From Eutreptiella sp. 'Long Island Sound 2002' (lineage: Eukaryota; Protista; Euglenida), in contig OZ038379.1 of assembly GCA_964036045.1 (NCBI GenBank), positions 21,576,001-21,640,000 on the forward strand: a stretch of DNA of 64,000 nt, read 5' to 3'. The notes under the pieces are model-generated. The model made no database searches. It had not been told where the DNA came from and saw only the letters and a list, made by a program, of their open reading frames with translations. Position 1 is the first letter of the stretch, and each line of letters begins with the position of its first letter. Below, piece by piece: positions 52,958-64,000 of this stretch. Both the position numbers and the translations under genes were made by a program.

Positions 52958-53307
52958 TTTTGAGTATAGACAGATAGGGTGGAATGAAAAAATTCCGCTG
53001 CCGTGTGCGTAAAACAAAATCTCCGGCGCCTCCGGCGCCCACAAAATCCATTGACCCATACAACCATTTTGAGGTCCATAGAGCCCCCCACCCCCCCTCC
53101 CTTGGGGTCGGGTCCTGGCTGGCAGCCCCCCCCCGTGCTGCAAACCCCATGCTTGACGCAAAGCGCGTTAGGACAAGCGTCGTTTTTTCACGTGTCTGCA
53201 AAGAGGGAAGGAGGGGTACACCACATATGCCCGGTGCATGTGCATGCCATACAGTGCACTACAAACTCCAAGCAACGCAGCTGCAACGACCAGAGGTGAT
53301 GAACCAC

Positions 53308-53422
53308 CTGCCGTGACGCTGATGTTCCCTTCAGATCCAAATCCTTTGCCTCCAATTTGATGGGACGTTGTAGTCGACTGCATGAGCCGGCGTTCAGCAC
53401 CCGCCGTCGTCGCCAAAGACCC
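53308..53422 (-). CDS. Exon of giant repeat gene (RRLMQ variant)
   Basis: ttctgcttag|GGG TCT TTG ... GTC ACG GCA G|gtggtt; 115 nt, phase 0->1; GSLATTAGAERRLMQSTTTSHQIGGKGFGSEGNISVTAG. Confidence 0.8.
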
Positions 53423-53827
53423 CTAAGCAGAAATATGGTGCCAGTCATGCACAGCAGAGCCGGACAACGCCGCAAGGGAAGCGAGGTTCCGAAGGCCCAA
53501 AGACGGGGGGGATCTGTCCAACATTGTTTTGGAGGGGATGCTGAGGAGGCGAGGAACCCACCAGTACTCAGTTGCCAGAACTGTGCTTCACAAGTCCCGT
53601 GGTGCACACTCGAGGGTGTGTGGGGGGGTGCGATCAAGGCTGGGGAAGTATGCCGCTTGAGGTGTGTGTTGGGGGGAGGGGGGATGATTGTTTACCTGAA
53701 CCTGCCCACCCTCACGTCTGAAAGGGCGGCCACCAAATCAGATGCACACCCTCCATCGGCAACACAGCCAACCCCTTCAGGGCAGGCGGTCAAGGCACAC
53801 GGTCAGAGGAGATGGTGAGGGCAATAC

Positions 53828-53997
53828 CGCAGATCCTGTGAACGTGACGCGTGCCCCTTTGCTGTCCAGTCGCGCCTGATTGCCGCTGCTTGTCAGGGGG
53901 CCCTGGAAGGTGGCATCTGAACCGGAGAACTTGGTGGTGCCCGCACTGTTCATGCCCGCACCACCGATGGTGTGCACGGTACTGGGCGCTTGGCAGC
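53828..53997 (-). CDS. Exon of giant repeat gene
   Basis: Pyrimidine tract then ccacag|GC TGC CAA ... GGA TCT GCG|gtattg; 170 nt, phase 1->0; HTIGGAGMNSAGTTKFSGSDATFQGPLTSSG. Confidence 0.78.
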
Positions 53998-55044
53998 CTG
54001 TGGCCATGGAGTGGACGTTTGCGAGGGAAGGGGAGCGGGAGGACGGCGGGGACGATATGGATGTGGCGGTCCATGTTGAGGCAAACAGGATGCCAAGGGG
54101 GAGCACAATGGCATCCCTGACGACTCTGCTCACCAGCGGGGCATGGGGGGAGGAGGCAGGGAGGAGCGAGAGGTGGACGGGGCCTGTCCAAGGGGGGGGG
54201 GGGGGGGACAACAGTGCTAATCACAGGCATCGGTGGCGGCAACAGCGGCACACGGTTCAAGGCTCACAAAACTCCTTGATAGGGGTATGAGCAGAGCATT
54301 GGTCTGGCCTTGGTCAACGTCGCTGGTCTGTCTGTGCTGCTGTGCTGGGCTTGGATCATCCAAGCCTATTTTGAGCCTACCTGTGCCCACGCCAACGGGC
54401 ACAGAGCGTACTTTGAATGGCTCACTGCAACTTAAAGTTCAGGGGATGGAGCCATTCGTGCCCCTTTCCCTAACCTCCTCCTCCACAAGGCTCCAACAGC
54501 AGGCGTCCTAAGGCTCCCAAGGCGTTGGAGGGCATTTCCTTGGCACCAAAGCTGACACCGGGGCGGCCACGATCGACGGCGCATTCACTTAAATCTTCCA
54601 ATGGGGATTCTGTTGGGGCCCACGGAAGAAGACCACAAAGGGGAAATGAGTGATTCGCCCTTCGACGTCAGCCCAAGCTTGAACAGGATCCACTCCCACC
54701 ACAGCGATCCGGGTGTTGCGGCTGCATCATGTCCACAGTCCCAGAGCAGGCATGCTGGCACGAGGATGTGCTGGACTGGGCTCTCAAACCAAACGGGGCC
54801 GTCCAGTGACCTGTTCAGCAGCCACACTCCCAGAAGCGCCCAGCGTCTTAAATCAGTCTGTGTTGGGGTGGCGGTTGTGAAGAACCCAACAGTACTTGTC
54901 AGGACCCAACGGTGGTCCTGAGCATGTGCACGAGCACAAGGACGGACGCAGGCACACACAAAAGCACAGTAAACCAGAGGACAGAAGCGGAGGCCTCGGC
55001 CAAGCAGACGCACAGGGGAATGCTGAGGCCTGTGGAAGACAAAC

Positions 55045-55341
55045 CTGTGCACGCGCAGACGCGCGTGGCGTTGGTGTTGTTAGTTACGGCGTCACACGTC
55101 GGGTCGCTGCCATTTGTTTTCATGACCACGACCCCACCCCCTCGAGATGAATCCCACAGACATCCGCTGTCATCGTCGGCAGACTCGCTGGTAAACGTCG
55201 GGTTCATGCCCAGGTCCTCGATGATCTCCTCGCACATTTCGACGGAGCCAGCAGCCGTTTTCAGTGCATCCACGTCACAAGTCCTCTGCTTGGCTGCACA
55301 AGCGGCGCTGCAAGCCTCGCCGGCGGCAGCCATGAAGTAGT
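55045..55341 (-). CDS. Phase-symmetric exon encoding a cysteine-rich module within the giant gene
   Basis: ctgtccag|AC TAC TTC ATG ... TGC GCG TGC ACA G|gtttgt; 297 nt, phase 1->1; DYFMAAAGEACSAACAAKQRTCD...MCEEI...SGCLWD...PTCDAV...TRVCAC; fits the phases of both flanking exons. Confidence 0.75.
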
Positions 55342-57031
55342 CTGGACAGATGCACACGTGGAGCGAATGGCGAAGGCCGTTTGAATATGGGCACACTTTA
55401 GAGCCTCTGCTTTGCAGCACTGCATCTCACACCACACGCGCGGTCCATTCCAGTGGGCATCATTGTCCCACCTGCAAAGCCGCCCTCTGTCTTGTATATA
55501 TACTTCGTTTTTTTTTGAGGGGGGAGGGGGGACCCATCGAAGGTGAAGCAGGTCTGCATTTCCGGTTTCACGCACTTGGGTATGTTTTGTTGGTGTTGGT
55601 GTCGCCTTTTTGCTCCACGCAATCTGTGTGGTTTCAGCGTATAGATCTCCCACCCGCCCTCCCCACCTCCCTGCCCCCACCTCTAGTCCCCCCCCACAAA
55701 ATTGCATCCCCCCCCCTTCCCCCTCCCTTTATACATACAAACTGCCCAAGGCCCAAGGGGTCAAAGGGGGCTATCCATGGTCCGCTCGGCCTTGCAACCA
55801 GACAGTCAAGCATTTCAGCCTCAGTATAGCAGTGTAGGCACAGAGCACGGACGGAGGCGGCAACCTGGGACCCTACTCCCCTAGGAGGCCCCGTTCCGAC
55901 CCCCCCACCCCCCCTCACAGCATCAGCCCAAGCCCCCGAAAACAAGCCAGTGTGCATCAGGATGCACCCGACTTTCCAGCCGGGAAGCCCGTATCTTGAG
56001 GTTCCTGGATCCACTGAAATTGGAGCCAAACTCGGCGCCTCAGGGTCACTTGCAGGGGGGTACAACCTAATACAAGCGACCTGTGCGAAGGTGTAGTGGA
56101 ACCTTTGGGTCGGTCACGGCGGGGGGGGGGGGGGGGACAGGGCACTTTGGAGTAAACCAAGAACGCCCAACAACGTCCTGTGGCCCACACTTCACATACT
56201 GGTCTCACAACCTCTTGGACATGATTTCGACACAGCGTTTTCCACACATAACCATCAGTTATTTCAGGGACATCTCAAAAAAGGCAGCGCGGGGTTGCAG
56301 GAACAGGGCGGTGTCAAAGACCCCAACACGTGATGTACCTTGGGGTATGTAAGAATTGTCGAACAACCGATTGCGCTACAGCCCCGAGGCCCATCAGACA
56401 TGCCGCCCCCCCCCCCACCCCCGCAATGTCTGATACTACCGATTCTGCCTAAATTTGGGATCCTGGAGGGAAAAACGGAGAAATTTGGCCGTTTTTCAGG
56501 CACCTTGTCAAAGGGGGCAATCCACAACGGCTTGAGGGGAAGTCGGTAGAAAACCACAGGTCCCGGTTTGAAGTTGGGGTAGACGTGTCCCGCTGTCAGG
56601 CAAACAGAGTGGACGGAACCTCTGAAAGATTGACCTTGACCTAGTTTCATCAAGGCCCGTCCGCCAGGAGCTTCCGGAACCGGGTCATCCGGAGGCATGC
56701 AACTGTGGCAGGTTGCATTGTGCGTCTGGCACCTCGAGGGATGCTCTAGGAACACTCCAGATTGGGGAGACCCCTCCCCCCCCCACACCCTCAACAAAGC
56801 CTGACTGTCAGCCATCATTCAGTGTTGTAAAACAGGAGAAATTTTGCAAACCCCACCAGCGCTTGTAATCTTGAGCCCAATCCGGCAGACAAATCCATGA
56901 ACGGGCAGTATTGAAAGCGAAACACGTGGTATGCACAAAAGGGCGAGGGATGCGGAGGTCCAGGCGACCCGTTTTGGAAACAGCCTCGGAGCTCTGCACC
57001 GTCCTCCTACAGACTACACAGCTCGGCACAC

Positions 57032-57155
57032 CTGGACAGGCTCCGTTGTCAAAATTGATCTGTCCACCGGATCCCATGCTCACCACATTCCCATTTCCGC
57101 TGTGGCTGAACGGCCCCTTGAATCTCACGGTGCCTTGATCCACACCAACGGTGCC
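57032..57155 (-). CDS. Exon of giant repeat gene
   Basis: tcgcacag|GGC ACC GTT ... GCC TGT CCA G|gtgtgc; 124 nt, phase 0->1; GTVGVDQGTVRFKGPFSHSGNGNVVSMGSGGQINFDNGACP. Confidence 0.75.
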
Positions 57156-57784
57156 CTGTGCGAGCGCACGTGGAATGAGCATCAGAAAATCAGCATTGCT
57201 GAGCGCCTGGGGAACAGATCGACTGTGCACTGCACAACCGATTATGTTTGCCACCGTGCTTGGCCACTCATGCTCACTGTGAAGCAGGCACAGCCCACTC
57301 TGCACGATGCAGGTTTGCCCTCCCGGTGTACTGACGATGGAAAGACCTATCGTATTTTATGCGCTTGGGAGGCCTGGGAGGCACCCGTGCAGGACCGAGG
57401 AGCTGATGCAAGACCACGGTGATGATTGCGGCTCCGAACGTCAGGCGCAGGAACTTTGGTTCGCGGCGCACGTGCGATGCCAAACCACAGCTCTGCGCGT
57501 GTGATGCCAACGCCCAGCCCAGGGAATCGCTTGAAGAGGGGGGGGGGGACCCCCTCCCCCCTCCCCACTGCACTGACTCTACCCCAAAGGCGTTCCCATA
57601 CCCCAAAACCAGCCCCCAACCGCATTCCCAACCGCCAGAAACCGCCTCCCTCAACCGCCTGCACATCCCCCGTGACCGCTCTGCGACCGCCCTGGGACTG
57701 CCCCCAATGGCCCCCCTCCCCTTCAAGCAAAGCCCTGGCCCAGCCTCTGCAGACGTGGGATGACAGGCACTGGGCCCCACACAC

Positions 57785-57975
57785 CTGTGACGTCATGCCC
57801 TGCCCGGAAACACTATGCGTACTGGCCTGGAAATTCATCGAACCACCGGTGAGGGACACATGCGCATTGGGCCCTCGGCTCTTCAGGCTGCCAGTCACAC
57901 TCGTGTCGGCGTTCTCCATCTGTATGGGCCCTCGGCTCTGAACCCCGTCACCACCAAGGTTGTGGGCCGTACGGC
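57785..57975 (-). CDS. Exon of giant repeat gene (divergent units)
   Basis: gctgcttcag|GC CGT ACG GCC ... ACG TCA CAG|gtgtgt; 191 nt, phase 1->0; HNLGGDGVQSRGPIQMENADTSVTGSL...HSVSGQGMTSQ. Confidence 0.75.
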
Positions 57976-59802
57976 CTGAAGCAGCGAAGCGAGGCAAGTC
58001 CCACGAGGTATTTGAGGAGGGAACCAGAGGGGACCGCAGATGTTGCAAAAGCCCTTTGTACATAGATAGTGTCGCGTGGGAAGGACGGGGGGGGAGTGCG
58101 GGAAGGAAAACGGAAAGAATGGGAAAATATATGGGGATCGTGCAAAGAACTTGTTCTGTATGAACGGGTTCAAGGGTAGAGACAAAATGGAAGAAAACGG
58201 CTGGGAAATAAGGGGGGAGATGGGTTTTGCCATTCCCATTCCTCACAGCTACGACAAAATAATGCTGATGCTTCGCCATAAGAACAGGGGCCCCCGTACT
58301 TTCAAAGCGTGGTGGTGTGGTGTGGGGGGGGGGGGGTATACCCCCCTGGCCGCCCCCCCCCCAAGCCCCCTCTTGAGTACCCAATGCCGTGAACGCACAC
58401 TGCTGGCGCACCGCAAATTAAAAATCATGAGCTGACTTGGGAACTGTACGGGCTTGCACTTTTCTGGGCACCATGTACACCTCTTGTGAAGAAAGGCCTA
58501 AAAGGGGACAAACCAATGGAACATCAAAGAACGGCAAAAGGGGGGGTGCAGTTTATGTATTCTGAGATGTGGGCACAACTACCGTCTCGGTGATTTGAGA
58601 TAATTACTCAAGCTGTGCGCCACAGGCGCGGCAGAAAAGGCCCTCACATGGTTTTTGTGTTCAAGATCACATGGCCCCAGTCATTTCTGGCAATGCAACC
58701 ATCGACCATTGACCATTGAACAGAGGGAGGGAGAAAGGGAGGGAGGGGCAGGTAGGGGGGAAGGGTGGGCATTGATTGGAGGGGATTGGATTGGGGGGAA
58801 GGAGGGACGGCGGGAGGAAGGGGGCTTGGGTTTGGGCTTGAGAGTCAGCCATCACAGTTGGCAACGCCATCTGCCTAGGAGTCCGGTGTGATCCCTGTGC
58901 ATCCCCAACGAGTGGCGGAAAGGGCTTTGTGGCTGATCGGTGTCATTTTGCGCATATCTGTGTTGCTGGGGGGCCCACGGCCTCCTGGGCATTGCAAATT
59001 CGGTGGCGGGAAGCTCCCGTTTCGTGGCTGATTGTGGCTATTTTGTGTGCGCTTTGGTTGCTTGTTTGGTCCTGCCACCACTTCCAGGGGCTTATGGCTG
59101 TCACGCCCATAATGAACACCAAGCCTTGGGGTCACCTGAGGAGAGTGGGAGTGTGGGTGGGAGGGAGCATTGTGGTGCAATGGGCCCGGTCAACCGCGTG
59201 ACAATTTGTGAAGGCACACAACAGCGTGACGATGCAACACTCAGTGGACTATGATGTTTCCCGGTGTGATGCCAGAGGGTGGCGACTATCTCTTTCCATG
59301 AGATAAGCGCGACTATCTCATGGAATGAGATAGTCTCCACCATGGAATACCTTGAAAATGCTGCCATGTCCTGGATACACTGGCACCGTCCAACCGGTCA
59401 AATGCAAGGCTGTTGAATGTGCACAACTGCACCTTCCCCCCTCTTGGCAGGAGGTGGCCTTTATGGTTTCTCCAAGTGCTATGGCAGAATGCCCCACAAC
59501 GGTCCCGTCGCCACCAGGAAAACCGCTCCGTGAGGACACACGGGTGGCCAATCATCCAAGGGCACAAAGGTAAAGCAGGTTTCCGCCTACACTACTGCAA
59601 GGCACATCCCGTCACTCTTGGAAAGCTATTCGGGGTACCACAGCAACAGGCTGTGGCCAGGCACATATAGGGTATGTACAGGACTGTCCAGGCATATCTG
59701 GGTATGCATTGTGGGTGATGGATGCATGGTCCGCCCTGGCCCACGAGGTGCTTCAATCACAGCGGTCACATCTCACAGTTTGAGGGCATGAACAAATAGG
59801 AC

Positions 59803-59887
59803 CTTGAGTGCTGGTATCGCTACCCAACTTGAGGGTTCCATCATTGGCGAGGGACCCAGTGCCGCTTTGAGTGAATGGGGCAGTGAC
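59803..59887 (-). CDS. Exon of giant repeat gene (divergent)
   Basis: cctttgtgcag|GTC ACT GCC ... ACT CAA G|gtccta; 85 nt, phase 0->1. The exons from here to 23647 sum to 2850 nt = 950 codons exactly. Confidence 0.65.
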
Positions 59888-60072
59888 CTGCACAAAGGAA
59901 CAGCAGGAGTGCGTACATAGGGCTGCTGGAGAGGTGATTGCGGCGTGAATACCAGGAACAGCAACCACCAGTGTTCACACACGTCTTTGTGCCTGTGCTG
60001 GTGCACGTGGCGTTCTTGTGCACTGATGGTACTGCAATTCATGATGCAACTGCTGGTGCTGGTGAAGCTCAC

Positions 60073-60135
60073 ACCGATGTTGGGACCTGCGCTGGCGCTC
60101 GTGTCGATGCTCATCCTTGAGCCTATGGTGCTCCC
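60073..60135 (-). CDS. Probable small exon of giant repeat gene
   Basis: aaccag|GGG AGC ACC ... ATC GGT|gtgagc; 63 nt, phase 0->0; GSTIGSRMSIDTSASAGPNIG. Only weak match to the consensus, and alternative splice sites exist. Confidence 0.45.
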
Positions 60136-60315
60136 CTGGTTCTCTGGTGCCAGTGCTGGTCAAGGGAAGGTGCAGACCTGCGCTTAAGATGGCTCAGCCC
60201 CTACCCCCGGCTAGTCCTATTGGTTGCCACCGAGCGCTGAATCGACATGCTAAAGGGGCTGGAGCAGTTGGCTAAACGCTGGAGAAAAAGGTCAAAAAAG
60301 GCCCCAGAACAATAC

Positions 60316-60393
60316 CTCCAAAGTCGCTCTGTTACTCATTGAACCGGTGGTCACCAACGAGCCTGACACGTTGCAAGACGTTTCGAACGAGAC
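60316..60393 (-). CDS. Probable small exon of giant repeat gene
   Basis: Pyrimidine tract ...cttgtccacag|GTC TCG TTC GAA ... TTG GAG|gtattg; 78 nt; VSFETSCNVSGSLVTTGSMSNRATLE resembles ISFxxSxTTFxGPL..G....NATV. Confidence 0.55.
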
Positions 60394-62891
60394 CTGTGGA
60401 CAAGTAGCGGCGCAGGACAAGAAAGACCGCAAGAGCCTGGGAGACCTGCTCTGCGGACAGCCCTGCAACCAACGGGGGTCCCCCAGCTGCCCACAAAGAT
60501 TACACATCCGTCGTCGGTCACTGTACAACGGCTGTCGGTCACGCCAATGCCGGGCAAATCGCCCGGGGTGCCCGTCAACCACCGTTTGTTAATCCCCCAA
60601 CGGCCGCCAGCGACATGCCTCGACGAGTACTTGACGTTCTCCGTTGTTTACTGTACCTCCGCTGTGCTTCACTGCACCACTGCAGGTCTCCTGCCAGACA
60701 TCCACCTTCGCTTAGTGTACACCCACCGTCATCTACTGAAGTACTGTCTGCCATCAGTTTGTGTTCAACCGCCTCAGGCTGCATGAATTTCTCAGGTTGA
60801 ATGAAGCTTTGGGTACCGGACAGCAGCTGACAAGCGCCGTTGGTGACTGCACATCACCCGTCAGTCCCTGTACACCCGCCGTTGGTTGCTGTGCGCCAAC
60901 CCGTAAGACCAGCATCCGGTACCCTTGAGCCCTCAGGAAACGTGACACCCATGATCCCAGGCCCGAGCCCCAATGCTGGGGGTATCTCGTCGCGCTCCGG
61001 GAGTAAAGCCGTGACCTCCGAAGTTTCCTGCAGACCTCAAGGTCGAGGGTTCCACAACGCGGGTTGACACGCCGATGGTCGGAAACACGCCAACTGTGTG
61101 CTGGCGTGTCAGCGAGTGGTCCTCCCAGACAGGGCCCATGCCCCGAAATACCCTTGGACCGGTGGCGGTTCCCTCGGGTACTGCACCACTGCCGTCAGCT
61201 GCTCGGCACCCGCTGTCCTGTCCGCTCGGCTTTCCCAAACAACCGCTCAAGAAAGCCCCGGCCACAAGACGTACGAGGGGGTGAAGGTGGACACCAGGGA
61301 ACACCCAACAAAAGGGGCCAGGGCCCCAGACCCCCCCCGAAACAGCCCTTGAACCCAAGAGCCCATGACTGTGAAATCCATAGCCCGGAGTTTCTCAGAG
61401 CCTCAACCGAATCCAACCCTAAGCCCTGGGCCCCGTCGGTTGGCGGAGGTGACCCTTTCCGAAAATACAGCCACCATTTCATACAGGCCGGTGGTGCCAC
61501 TCCAGCCGGCATCAGCACACATGTACCCAGGCTGCCCTCGACCCTCGACCTGCACAAGCCCCCCAGAAAGGTTGTCAAAATTGTTCCTGGTTGTGAGGAT
61601 TGCAGAGGAGTGTGACTTTGGGGTGGTTAGGGGTTGCTGAGATTCATGAGGGTTCATGGCGGTCGAGACAATGCTACACCAGTACTGCCATCCGTTACAG
61701 TACGAGAGCTTCAAGTACAGTTTGTAAAACGTTGGACGGCTGTTAATTGAGTCGATGGTTGATCCCCACACGACGATTGGCAAGCACATCATCAGGCCCT
61801 TATCCAGGTGTCGTAACCCTTCTGCTGTAGTGAGGGATTTGACAGGTCAGACACGCGGGTTCCACAGAAGGGAGTCGCCAACCGAACTCTCAAATTGATG
61901 CTTCGACCCAAGGGTTCTACTGACGAGACCCTTCTGCTGTGGTGAGAGATTGCAGTGGTCACATATGGTTCAACAGAAAAGAATTGCATTGTGGGCCTGC
62001 ACCGGGGCTCGAGCACTCATCTTCGGGCGCACACCCAAGCGTTGTACCAACTAGATCACAACCCTTCTGCTAGCGACACTACTACCACTAGCGCCTGCTA
62101 GCGATGGCTGTTGTTCTAAGTGCTGCTGTGACCAACAACGGTTGGCATTTGATACTGCCAGCTGTGGGTAGTTGGCACTACCCTGGCGGCAGTTGGAATT
62201 TCGTCGTCGCCGTCGGTTCGCCAATTGGCCCCGGCGGTTGGCCTCTTTAGCGGTCATTTGTATGCACCTCACCAGTCCTCAAAACCCGCCAGCCAGCCCA
62301 AAGATAAGCTTGCCCAAAGGAAGTCACAGGAAAGGGTCTCCGGTTTCCTGGTTTCCTTTTACATATACATATATCTCTCTCTGGGACATCCAGAAGGTGC
62401 CAACATGGAGCAAATTCGCATTTCGGCAGGGTTTTCTCAACTTTTGGTCTAATGCACCAAACTGTTGTTACCTCAGGGGGGGGGGGGGGCTGTGTATGCT
62501 TTTTGAAATCTGTGCGAAAAGGCCGTTTCAGAAGTGTATGGGTTGGGGGGGGGGGGGGACGTGGTCACAATTTTGAGCACGGAGCTGTAAACGGGACGAC
62601 GCACAGGCCATGCGACTAATCTGCACCCACTTTTCACCCCCGGAGCGTGCTCTTTTGCGAACCAAAGGCTTCTGCGTTGCATCTGGGGATGCAACAGCAC
62701 GTGGCGAGAATTTGTACGCGAACATGGTGACTGCCTGTTGACAAAATCAGGCAGCCAACAACACAGGCAACATCCAAACAGGACAAAAATCTCCAACATA
62801 CCGTCAGTACAACATGCAGACCCAGGGTGTTCCAAATAGCCCTTTTCAAGGGCTTTTCAAATATACCCCACATACCCCCCCCCCCCTATGG

Positions 62892-63140
62892 AACAGTAGT
62901 GGGCACAAATGAAGTAACAATGACACTGATCCCTGAAAATGCTCCGTGTTGGCAACAGTAGTGGGCACAAATGAAGTAACAATGACACTGATCCCTGAAA
63001 ATGCTCCGTGTTGGCAACAGTAGTGGGCACAAATGAAGTAACAATGACACTGATCCCTGAAAATGCTCCGTGTTGGCAACAGTAGTGGGCACAAATGAAG
63101 TAACAATGACACTGATCCCTGAAAATGCTCCGTGTTGGCA
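62892..63140. repeat. 62-bp tandem repeat x ~4
   Basis: aacagtagtgggcacaaatgaagtaacaatgacactgatccctgaaaatgctccgtgttggc repeated at a 62-bp period. Confidence 0.92.
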
Positions 63141-64000
63141 CCTTCCTTACCGTCCCAGAGGGATATACATACATTGGGCCTGTGCTGAGTAGCAGTAAGG
63201 CGCTCTGGCTGATTGCTCGGTCTCTACACCAGTGCTGCAGAGTACAGTTCAATCGCATGATGACTCATGCGTCCCGTGGGAATAACATGAAGCTGTGTCT
63301 CCGGTCTCCCGATTTCCAGTCACCGGCTGAATCTCAGGTTGGGTCCACTGCCCTCAGTGGGGGGGGAGGGGGGCATGAAAGCGGTTCAACAGCGACACGA
63401 AATGAATGTCTTGTTGCTGGTGCAGGGCGTTCCCATCAGGAGCACTCGGATGCAGGCCACACCTTCCCAGCACTCGTCACCCCTTTGCCGCCGATGGCAT
63501 GCCCCGTGGAGCCTCCGAAGGTGACCTACAGCAAGAAGACAAACACCGAGGGAAATGGCCTTCGCGTCTGCGGTCCCAACACCCAAACCACAGCCGCCAT
63601 GCCACGGAGGTCACAGGAGGACTGGGTCTTACTTGTGATCCATCCCCCAAGCCTCTGACGAAAAGTTGGCGCTGGGGCGCGGCGCGGAGGAAGGGGGCTG
63701 TGGGACGAACTGAGGGGCAATACCAAAGGGTAAAAGGCTGAGACGAGGCTGAGGTGCACGGGGACGTGGCTAAGGGCCATGACTTCACGATCAACACCGA
63801 CACGAGGGTCCTGCCCGCCCAGTAGAGCATGACCCTCGACAAGGACCACACACCACATCATACTTCCGCCCCCTGCAGCTCCCCCAGCCATCCTTGAGAA
63901 AACCGTCCTGCCGCCCCTGTGGCGCTCTGTTTCAAAACTCGGAGACAGGGGGCTCGCGTGCTCGGACCGCCTTCCTCTGACCCAGTCAGGGGGGGGGGAA

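Noticed and set aside
60900-61030. Exon GNFGGHGFTPG... as a further repeat unit
   Set aside because: There is an acceptor-like ctgcag and a GGxGF resemblance, but no phase-compatible donor in that frame before a stop.

Overview
GC-rich, intron-containing eukaryotic DNA; the taxon cannot be assigned from this window. The dominant feature is one giant minus-strand gene that the supplied ORF track misses, apparently because its last exon runs off the left edge without a stop. I can join 13 small GT-AG exons (60393 down to 23647) with consistent phases onto a 23.4-kb exon (23374->2), giving at least ~8,790 aa, with neither the start nor the stop in view. The protein consists of ~50 tandem 140-175 aa Gly-rich, sequon-rich units. 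Almost all are preceded by an acidic/Ser linker ending in RRLLQ, which suggests a secreted polyprotein cut into many subunits. The giant exon holds young in-frame higher-order arrays (1536 bp x ~10.6; 867 bp x ~2.7). A phase-symmetric Cys-rich exon is inserted among the 5' units. A 19.2-kb intron holds an antisense, nearly full-length but inactivated non-LTR retrotransposon (94-bp monomer array, ORF1 with RRM, APE-RT-RNase H-CCHC ORF2, (CACAA)n tail), decayed sister copies and satellites. Other introns hold a MITE-like element and an AT-rich island. No rRNA, tRNA or CRISPR array was recognised.
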